Shown: in pieces, positions 1 through 10,382 of the stretch
How the letters are laid out: every line of letters starts with the position of its first letter
How positions within the stretch are numbered: position 1 is the first letter of the stretch
DNA from: Balanoglossus misakiensis
Taxonomy: Eukaryota > Animalia > Hemichordata
DNA length: 64,000 nt
Direction: 5' to 3'
Assembly: GCA_040954595.2 (NCBI GenBank)
Contig: CM082595.2
Location: 4,986,137 to 5,050,136 of the forward strand
Notes under the pieces: generated by a model
The model's database searches: none
What the model was told of the DNA's origin: nothing
Seen by the model: the letters and a program-made list of their open reading frames with translations, nothing else
Made by a program: the position numbers and the translations under genes

Positions 1-391
1 TGACTACACGTAACTTAGCAACGAATGAATTGAAGACGGAACGCGCCAGCGTGTATGTGGCTTTAATTAGATTGGATGTATGTGTTCAATTGGAGTTGCG
101 ATAATTTGAAAGCTTTTCATTTCTTTCAACGATTACCACAGTTTACGAACAGTCAGAATAAACAGGGGATATCAAACTGTTTTGTTGTGTTCAATGTTAT
201 TCATTTCTGCTTCGATGATTTTGTAGTAGACTTGTAGGCTACAAACGCGCACGCACTATCAATTAATTGAATGTGTTCTATCTGAGAGACACCAACGTCG
301 CTGCCTATCCATTCCGCCACATTTCCCCTTTTCATTGCTGTTGTCACCTTCACTTCATTCCCTTTCTTTACATTTCACAGCCAAGAACTCT

Positions 392-885
392 TGGCAACAG
401 CTGTGAGAGTGACGAAATTGGCAAGTTTCACCTTGTATATCTGATGCAGTCATTTTCATGATTTGCAGCTTTCCCTATTTTTAAGCCAAAATGCATTTTG
501 TCAAATATACAAAATTTATGAAAATTGCGAGAATCACACAAGAACTATGACGTCATTCTTCTATACACTACGGCGGTCAGAGAAAGAAAAAAATGTAAAA
601 TAAAAAGAAATCCCTAACTACCCTTTTTTGAAAACCACGTCACGTAATCGATACAGCACATATTTTTTATTTGGCCTTATGCACTTACATTATTCTGCGC
701 AGACAGTGAGTTTTTTTGTGCGACTCTGATGTCACAAAAAGGTCAAAACAGAGACGTTTTCCCTTAAAACAATCAAAGGAACACACCAGAAGTGCATTTT
801 ACAGATATACCACAGAGAAAAAACAGATGGCCCATGCAATTAACACAATGAACCATATGTTACTTGTCACGCGAGAATTCCCCCT
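392..885. repeat. Dispersed ~500-bp repeat, copy 1 (second copy at 27471-27977)
   Basis: The stretch tggcaacagctgtgagag...gcgagaattccccct aligns by eye at high identity, with small indels, to 27471-27977 in the same orientation. Confidence 0.85.
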
Positions 886-916
886 TTACCGTCCATCCAT
901 TCCAGACCTGCTCACA

Positions 917-1030
917 TTAAAGGGACAAAGTCTCTCTCACGCTGCCCTTTTCCCATTAATTATATTTCATACAAGACACCGTTTATGTTATTCTACATGT
1001 GGGAGTAAAAACTCGCCCAAAATGAATAAA
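917..1030 (+). mobile_element. Truncated copy of the TTAA-flanked (Kolobok-like) MITE seen complete at 50678-51025
   Basis: ttaa|agggacaaagtctctctc.cgctgcccttt...caagacaccgtttatg.tattctacatgt matches the left terminus of the element at 50674-50760. Confidence 0.75.
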
Positions 1031-1337
1031 TGGTAGAGAACGATTATATTTATACCTTCTTTAGTATAAAGAATGGCCTTCCTATAAGGCAACAATTAAA
1101 CCTACCCCTATATATCACGTATTATTTTGTTCTAGTTAGTAAACACACGTACGGGCTATGCTGATGAGCAGAACAGCCGAAATGAATTTCAAGTTCATAG
1201 CCAATGTATCTTATCATTACAGGTCCCATCGCACGAATGGTGTTTTGGTGAAAGAGTGTTTCCTCTTCTATGACGTCATCAAATTGTCCACATTCGATTC
1301 TCAACTATTGGTCACCACCTCTGCTGTGATCGACGTC

Positions 1338-2709
1338 ATGTTCGGCTTCTGTCGAGTTCAGAGACGGACCTATACCTGCGTCGCGTGCTTAATTTTGTGC
1401 CAACTCATTCTACAGCTACCGCTGTATTTATTCTTAAGAAATTGGTGCAACTACGTCAGGGGACGGCAGTCAGGCAGTACTCCGCAATCTGCATATCCAC
1501 AAGGCAGCAGGAATTGGACTCAGACCAGAATCACACCTTTCGCAAAAGTAAACCGAATAAGCAGCATCTATGACGTCATAAACCGAACCGGGAGAGTGTC
1601 TGACGTAATTCGCTGCGGGGAGCAGACTAGAATTCACCCTGCCGGGCCTGCAATACCGCCAGAGTACGGAAAACGTTTCAAGAACACCAGGAATTCTACT
1701 GCCAGCTATGTACTCTGTAGGCTGTTTTCAAAAGCGCCGATAAGCACCCTCGGACCGAAAGACTGCCCCCTACGGCAGATGGGGATCGGAGACTTCTTGC
1801 CAGAAGACAGACTCATCGAAGACAACCCGAGATACCGCACATGTGCAGTTGTTGCAAGCTCCGGATCCATGAAGAATTCAAATCTTGGGGAGGAGATTGG
1901 TAATTCTGGTAATCTGTAAATACCAACCCGGGAAATAATTGTAGCCTTACAAATTTTAAGTCATTAAACTCAAAGAGGGCGGCAGAACGTTGCATTCTGA
2001 ATTTTGCTGTAATGCCTTCACTGACAATACCATACAAACTAAACTTAAATGAAAGAAATACTGGTCGCATTGCAATATTTTCTGTAAAATATTTACATAC
2101 AAGTCCGTGAATTTCCCGGTCCCGTTGCTATGTCTTTCGTGCATTAAACTGTCTGTAGTGATTTAAGTTCCATTGATATTTTTAGTACTTCAAATGATTA
2201 TAACCAGTGGCCGTATCATTTAGGGGAGAAACATTTGATTTCTGGGGAGGGGGTAGAGGATTTGGGTATGGGTCGTTTCAACATGAATCATATGCCCATT
2301 ATTTATTGCCAATCCACCCTTTTCGGTTTGCAGAAGCACTATTTTCCTCCAAACCATCTACCAACAATTTTTTTCCTAAAATCCTCCACCCACCCCTCCC
2401 TCCCAGAAATCAAATGGTTCTCCCCTTACAAACAAGTTTGCTTCCCACAATCTGTTAATATAGATTCCCATGATGCCGTTTTCCGATTCAATACGGCTCC
2501 TGTCGCGGGATTTGAAAAAGATGTTGGCACCAAGACGACGATTAGATTGATAAACAAGCGAACTTTGCAGAATGGTTTCCCGGACGACCAAATGTCAACA
2601 TTGGTGATATGGAGATCCGGAGCAGGCTATTATGGGGATTTACAAAAGGTTAATTTTGCTTCTTTCTTTCTTTATCCTTCCTTCCTTCCTCCGTTTGATT
2701 ATTTTTCAT

Positions 2710-2741
<32 letters not shown>

Positions 2742-2765
2742 TCATTCTTTCTTTCTTTCTTTCAT

Positions 2766-2801
<36 letters not shown>

Positions 2802-2807
2802 TCATCT

Positions 2808-2863
<56 letters not shown>

Positions 2864-2925
2864 TCATTCTTTCTTTCTTTCTTTAATTCTTTCTTTCTTT
2901 CTTTCTTTCATCTTCTTTCTGTATT

Positions 2926-3004
<79 letters not shown>

Positions 3005-6000
3005 GTCTGCCTGTCTGTCTTTCTGTATGTCTGTCTGTTTGTGTATGTATGTATGTATGTATGTATGTATGTATGTATGTATGTATGTATGTATGTATGT
3101 ATGTATGTATGTATGTATGTATGTATGTATGTATGTATGTATGTATGTATGTATGTATGTATGTATGTGTTCGGGTGTGTGTGTGTGTGTGTGCTTGAAT
3201 GAATGAATGGATACGAAATTTTGAAACTTCGCAAAGTTGAAAAATTGTCATTTTGGGAGGATTTCTATGAACTATAACCAATGATTTTTATCAAAAAATG
3301 ACGAAATTTTGAAAATTCGCAAACTCGGAAAATCGTCATTTTTGGATGATTTTCATGAGCTATAACCCATGATTTTTATCAAAAAATGACCAAATTTTGA
3401 AAATTCGCAAACTCGGAAAATCGTCATTTTTTGATGATTTTCCTGAGCTATAACCCATGATTTTTATTAAAAAATAAGGAAATTTTGAAAATTCGCAAAG
3501 TCGAAAAATCGTCATTTGTTCATGATTTTCATGAGCTATAACCCATGATTTTTATCAAAAATGACGAAATTTTAAAAATTCGCAAAGTCGGAAAATCGTC
3601 ATTTTTTGATGATTTTCATGAACTATAACCAATGATTTTTATCAAAAAATGACGAAATTTTGAAAATTCGCAAACTCGGAAAATCGTCATTTTTGGATGA
3701 TTTTCATGAGCTATAACCCATGATTTTTATCAAAAAATGACCAAATTTTGAAAATTCGCAAACTCGGAAAATCGTCATTTTTGGATGATTTTCGTGAGCT
3801 ATAACCCATGATTTTTATCAAAAAATGAGGAAATTTTGAAAATTCGCAAAGTCGAAAAATCGTCGATTTTGGAAGATTTTCATGAGCTATAACCCATGAT
3901 TTTTATCAAAAAATCACCAAATTTTGAAAATTCGCAAAGTCGAAAAATCGTCGATTTTGGACGATTTTCATGAGCTATAACCCATGATTTTTATCCAAAA
4001 ATGACCAAATTTTGAAAATTCGCGAAGTCGAAAAATCGTCGATTTTGGACGATTTTCATGAGCTATAACCCATGATTTTTATCAAAAAATGACCAAATTT
4101 TGAAAATTCGCGAAGTCGAAAAATCGTCGATTTTGGACGATTTTCATGAGCTATAACCCATGATTTTTATCAAAAAATGACCAAATTTTGAAAATTAGTA
4201 AAGTCGGAAAATCTTCATTTATTCATGATTTTCATGAAAATTCGCAAACTCGGAAAATCGTCATTTTTGGATGATTTTCGTGAGCTATAACCCATGATTT
4301 TTATCAAAAAATGAGGAAATTTTGAAAATTCGCAAAGTCGAAAAATCGTCGATTTTGGAAGATTTTCATGAGCTATAACCCATGATTTTTATCAAAAAAT
4401 CACCAAATTTTGAAAATTCGCAAAGTCGAAAAATCGTCGATTTTGGACGATTTTCATGAGCTATAACCCATGATTTTTATCCAAATGACCAAATCTTGAA
4501 AGTTCGCAAAGTCGAAATCATGGGTTATAGCTCATGAAAATCGTCCAAAATCGACGATTTTTCGACTTCGCGAATTTTCAAAATTTGGTGATTTTTTGAT
4601 AAAAATCATGGGTTATAGCTCATGAAAATCGTCCAAAATCGACGATTTTTCGACTTCGCGAATTTTCAAAATTTGGTGATTTTTTGATAAAAATCATGGG
4701 TTATAGCTCATGAAAATCGTCCAAAATCGACGATTTTTCGACTTCGCGAATTTTCAAAAGTTGGTGATTTTTTGATAAAAATCATGGGTTATAGCTCATG
4801 AAAATCGTCCAAAATCGACGATTTTTCGACTTCGCGAATTTTCAAAATTTGGTGATTTTTTGATAAAAATCATGGGTTATAGCTCATGAAAATCGTCCAA
4901 AATCGACGATTTTTCGACTTTGCGAATTTTCAAAATTTCCTCATTTTTTGATAAAAATCATGGGTTATAGCTCATGAAAATCATCAAAAAATGACGATTT
5001 TCCGACATTGCGAATTTTTAAAATTTCGTAATTTTTGATAAAAATCATGGGTTATAGCTCATGAAAATCTTCCAAAATTGACGATTTTTTCGACTTCGCG
5101 AATTTTCAAAATTTGGTCATTTTTTGATAAAAATCATGGGTTATAGCTCATGAAAATCATCAAAAAATGACGATTTTCCGACTTTGCGAATTTTTCAAAT
5201 TTCGTCATTTTTGATAAAAATCATGGGTTTTAGCTCATGAAAATCATGAACAAATGACGATTTTTCGACTTTGCGAATTTTCAAAATTTCCTTATTTTTT
5301 GATAAAAATCATGGGTTATAGCTCATGAAAATCATCAAAAAAAGACGATTGTACGACTTTGCGAATTTTCAAAATTTCCTCATTTTTTGATAAAAATCAT
5401 GGGTTATAGCTCATGAAAATCATAAAAAAATGACGATTTTCCGAGTTTGCGAATTTTCAAAATTTGGTCATTTTTTGATAAAAATCATGGATTATAGCTC
5501 ATTAAAATCATTAAAAAATGACGATTTTTCGACTTTGCAAATTTTCAAAATTTCCTCATTTTTTGATAAAAATCATGGGTTATAGCTCATGAAAATCATC
5601 AAAAAATGACAATTTTCCGAGTTTGCGAATTTTCATACATTTCGTCATTTTTTGATAAAAATCATGGGTTATAGCACATGAAAATCATCCAAAAATGACG
5701 ATTTTCCGACTTTGCGAATTTTTCAAATTTCGTAATTTTTGATAAAAATCATGGGTTTTAGCTCATGAAAATCATGAACAAATGACGATTTTTCGACTTT
5801 GCGAATTTTCAAAATTTCCTTATTTTTTGATAAAAATCATGGGTTAAAACTCATAAAAATAATCAAAAAATGACGATTTTCCGTGTTTGCGAATTTTCAA
5901 AATTTCCTCATTTTTTGATAAAAATCATGAGTTATAGCTCATGAAAATCATGAGAAAATGACGATTTTCCGACTTTGCGAATTTTCAAAATTTCCTCATT

Positions 6001-7826
6001 TTTTGATAAAAATAATGGGTTATAGCTCATGAAAAATAATTAAAAAATGACGATTTTCCGAGTTTGCGAATTTTCAAAATTTCCTCATTTTTTGATAAAA
6101 ATCATGGGTTATAGCTCATGAAAATCATCAAAAAATGACGATTTTCCGACTTTGCGAATTTTTAAAATTTCGTCATTTTTGATAAAAATCATGGGTTATA
6201 GCTCATGAAAATCATGAACAAATGACGATTTTTCGACTTTGCGAATTTTCAAAATTTCCTTATTTTTTAATAAAAATCATGGGTTATAGCTCAGGAAAAT
6301 CATCAAAAAATGACGATTTTCCGAGTTTGCGAATTTTCAAAATTTCCTCATTTTTTGAAAAAAATCATGGGTTATAGCTCATGAAAATCATGAAAAAATG
6401 ACGATTTTCCGACTTTGCGAATTTTCAAAATTTCCTCATTTTTTGATAAAAATAATGGGTTATAGCTCATGAAAATAATTAAATTTTTCGAGTTTGCGAA
6501 TTTTCATAAATTTCGTCATTTTTTGATAAAAATCATGGGTTATAGCTCATGCAAATAATCAAAAAATGACGATTTTCCGAGTTTGCGAATTTTCAAAATT
6601 TCTTCATTTTTTGATAAAAATCATGGGTTATAGCTGATGAAAATCATCAAAAAATGACGATTTTTTGAGTTTGCGAATTTTGTAAGTATGTATGTATGTA
6701 TGTATGTATGTATGTATGTATGTATGTATGTATGTATGTATGTATGTATGTATGTATGTATGTATGTATGTATGTATGTATGTATGTATGTAGGTATGTA
6801 TGTATGTGTGTATGTATGTATGTATGTATGTATGTATGTATGTATGTATGTATGTATGTATGTATGTATGTATGTATGTATGTATGTATGTATGTATGTA
6901 TGTATGTATGTATGTATGTATGTATGTATGTATGTATGTATGTATGTATGTATGTATCGTATCGTATACAAGTTGGTGAACTAAAATACTAATCAAGTTT
7001 CAGGTAGTCAATTAAGATCCCACTGTTGATAAAAATGACAAAGTTCCAGCAATTGAAGGTTAATGACATTATTGTGTACACCATATTTCGCAGTGGGTAT
7101 GGACAAATGCAGAGTTCTTCCGCGACTACATCAACTGGCAGACCAGCAAACCAGACAGATCTATTCACCTCATAAACATCACATCTCAGTGGAGAGCCTG
7201 GGATGTGCTGCAGGAGTTTCATCCAGAGCCGATAACGGATCACATTCCATCTACCGGATTTACAGGCAAGATACTTTTCCCATCAATATTTCAGTGTAGA
7301 ATGTTCAGGAAGGTTATAACCCTTACACCCCCATTTCCCTCTTGAGAGGTCCAACCTTACCATCAAACACAATGGGCTTGGAATGAACCATGGTGGTGAA
7401 AGGGGTCAACAAGTAAGAAAGTGAAATATGACAGATGTACCATACAGTCCATTTTCAGCATTCCCGCGAGCTGAGAAATGGTTGCCATGGCGAGGCTGTG
7501 GTTTAACACCGAAGGTTTTCAGTAATTTCCAGGTATATGAACCAGAATCATCCAAATTGTAAAAACCTCATCTTACAGGTGTCCAGCTGGCCATTCGCTT
7601 ATGTGCGGAGCTCCACATCTATGGGATAGTCAGTGAAGACCATCGCAAGTCATACTGTCACTATTACGACGAAACTGTCCAGAAATGTGGCGGGAATAAA
7701 TATCATCCAAACGAGGCGGAGAAACGACTACTACTTTTGATGAACGTTGGCTCGCCAAAAGATGTCGAGAAGAAGGGACGTGTTACATTACCGGGATACA
7801 CACACATGAATGAAGTTTGCAAATGA
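1338..7826 (+). CDS. Beta-galactoside alpha-2,6-sialyltransferase-like (GT29, ST6Gal family), paralog 1, 388 aa
   Basis: Exons 1338-1899, 2464-2648, 7094-7265, 7579-7826 (1167 nt; intron phases 1,0,1). N-terminal TM segment; sialylmotif L ([10 protein letters not shown]...[33 protein letters not shown]), S ([22 protein letters not shown]), III (CHYY) and VS (HPNEAE); ST6Gal-type tail GRVTLPGY. Intron 3 uses a GC donor. Confidence 0.9.
2223..2425. mobile_element. MITE with TTA target duplication (PIF/Harbinger-like)
   Basis: Terminal inverted repeats ggggagaaacatttgatttctggg / cccagaaatcaaatggttctcccc, with tta on both sides; intron 1 of paralog 1. Confidence 0.7.
2660..3208. repeat. Compound microsatellite (CTTT)n-(CTGT)n-(GTAT)n-(GT)n-(GAAT)n
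   Basis: Directly visible; explains the FFLS/MYVC/HTYI pseudo-ORFs. Confidence 0.97.
3210..6685. repeat. 88-bp satellite array arranged as a giant inverted repeat (foldback): ~15 forward units (3210-4516), then ~24-25 reverse-complement units (4517-6685)
   Basis: The period is 88 bp (tataacccat at 3361 and 3449). Orientation flips at ~4517 (gtcgaaa|tcatgggttatagctc). Diagnostic variants at ~3390-3620 are mirrored at ~6120-6345. Confidence 0.95.
6687..6957. repeat. (GTAT)n microsatellite
   Basis: Directly visible. Confidence 0.98.
7315..7409. mobile_element. ~90-bp piggyBac-type MITE copy (degenerate)
   Basis: taaccctt...gaggtccaac...accatggtggtgaaagggg; same family as 20352-20444. Confidence 0.6.
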
Positions 7827-7975
7827 AAAACAAACCTATGCAATTTATGTAATCAATGGTATATGTCCATCTGTCTCAATACACACATGTGATGCATGTA
7901 GTGTGTGTGTGTGACTGTCCATGCCTGGCTGTCTGCACGTTCGACATACGTACATATCTGCAAGTGTGCATACGT

Positions 7976-8056
7976 ATGCAGATGTATGTATGTATGTACC
8001 ATATGTATGTACCTTTAAGGTACATACATATGGTACATACATACATACATCTGCAT
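7976..8056. repeat. Perfect 40-bp-arm palindrome with a 1-nt spacer, followed by (GTAT)n to ~8142
   Basis: atgcagatgtatgtatgtatgtaccatatgtatgtacctt-t-aaggtacatacatatggtacatacatacatacatctgcat. Confidence 0.92.
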
Positions 8057-8065
8057 GTATGTACC

Positions 8066-8096
<31 letters not shown>

Positions 8097-10382
8097 TGTA
8101 TGTATGTATGTATGTATGTATGTATGTATGTATGTATGTATGAATGTACCGGTATAAGTATGTATGTCATATGTTAAAACTAATGAAGTGCAGAAAACTA
8201 AATGTACACATACTTTGCAAGTGATTTGGAAATGGCGACCGCCTAAACAGCAATGCAATGAAGTGGTGAAGCATATTTACTTGTAGCATTTTCAAGGGTG
8301 TATTCTGATCTTAAACAAATGGAATTAAACTATTTAAAGCCATGAATTTCTAAAATTCTGAGTATCTGAACTTTACTGTAGGTTGCTCATGGGCGGAATC
8401 CCAGAAATTGCAAAGAAAAATCTCGGATACCAGTTTGAATTTCAATTTTGGCAGGACAAAGAATAAAGACAAGTTGGACAACACAGACAATTTAAGTAAA
8501 TAATACATGTATTCTGTGAATATCACTGTAAGATATGACATGAACAAAAACAATACATGTAAGGAATACCATCTCTAGACTATCCGACAAAATTTCCCAG
8601 ATCAAGTCATTCCTGTCAGTCAACCAATTAAAGGGACACAGTCACCTCTAATTTACATATGCCTATAAATGGTCAAAAGGACGTGTCTAAGTCTTCAAAT
8701 TACCATGTGGTGGCAAACTTTGTTTTTACATGTGTGCCATCCACAAAAAATCTACGATTGGCTGTATTTTAAATTTCCATGGCAACAGTGGTTAAATATG
8801 CACGGAGCAGTTCATTTGATACACAGGAATACGAGTTGGGATATGTTATTCTGGCAAAGTTTGAGTGTGTGTGAAGTTGATGACATTTACACTGAATATG
8901 ATTTGAGTGGCTTGCAATGATTAAAGAACCTATGTTCGCACAATGATGTTCCTTCTGACATAGACCATCTATGCTTTAAATAGCGCTGGTGGCCCACTGC
9001 TCACATTCTGCCCAAATGAATGGTACAAGAAAACACCTCGCAGTTTTCACAGGAATTCAACTTGTTACAGAATTTGGCAATAATCAGAAACATAATCTTC
9101 CAGCATCCAAAAAAAATTAAGTGGTTGAAAAATTGGGGGAAAATTAATTACTACATAATTAACAAAATGACTTTGCATAGAGCATAACCCCCTCCCCCCC
9201 CCCCTCAATACAAGCTGCCATTTGCAGAAATGATAAGATACAACATAACAGCACAAGCATTATCAGTTTCTGAAAAACAGAAGTTTAGCGGTACTGATAT
9301 AACATTAGGGAGAAATATGGCACTCCAAATGTAGCCAATAAATCATACTCAGCTGTCTCAGTCAGTTCTTATCTTAGGGACTTAGTCTGGATTTTTACCG
9401 GAATAAGAACAGACAAACTAAAACTCAACCCGTTCACTACTATGGTTCGACCCAACTCCTTCATCCCCCAGTGGCTGTGTTGGACCTCTCTACATGGAAA
9501 TGGGATGAAAGGGTTAAAATGTGGGGAAATGGCTTGGTACGATTGCAGGCTTTCCCACTAGGAAATTTCTATTGATCTGGGCTACAGGCACATCCACATA
9601 ACAAGGCTTTCCCCAAGTTGCTAAACAGAACAGTACAAATACATGTACCCATTGTACAATTAACACAATTCCAAACAATTGGAAATTAGACACATATACA
9701 TAACTTGCCAAGAATATTCTCAAAGGTTGCTGTACTTTGAAAATATAGTACATATCACTAGTTTACATCTATCTAAACTGTAAAAAAAAAGTCTAGAATA
9801 AAAAGTATCTCAAAGAAAAATTTGTAAAATTGGACATGGAAAAATGGTGAATAAATAATGTGGGGTACAACGTGACTATATACACAACAGATAAGTAGTT
9901 CCAAAAGCAATATTTCCCCCTCATTTTCTAGTAAAATTGACCACAAAACTACTGAAAACAATGGGCTCATACAAAATATAGGGAGGAACCCTTCCTAAGT
10001 TTACAATAGATACAAACTAGGGACAATCTCTGAGGTTTGAAAAAAATTTGTTTTAAATTCAGAAAAAGTGAATATTTTCCTGGACACTCACACACACTGG
10101 ATAAATCAAATAGACACCTACAGATAAAATTACATTATCGTCTATCAATATTACCTGCAAGAAATGCAGAATTTTTAAGAAAAATACGACCAAAATGCTG
10201 TACACAAAATACTATAAACTTTTTCATGGTATGACAAAAACATGAGTTCTGGAGCAATAGACTGTTAAGAAATACAATTTCATTGTTTATGCAGACACAC
10301 TGCAAGAAAATCTTTGTCTTTTTTTAAATCTAGAATTCTTAGATTTTTATGATAATTTTATGCATGATTGATGATTGTCTGA

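Noticed and set aside
2632-3281. ORFs rich in FFLS/KKER/MYVC/HTYI (also 6621-6996, 7845-8258, 39483-39907, 63401-63908)
   Set aside because: They are translations of tetranucleotide microsatellites.
3210-6685. Regular repeat array as a CRISPR locus
   Set aside because: Units are contiguous 88-mers without unique spacers, there are no cas genes, and the context is a eukaryotic intron.
1338-7826. Paralog 1 as a pseudogene broken by the satellite
   Set aside because: All four exons are in frame with intact motifs once the GC donor is accepted; the array is wholly intronic.
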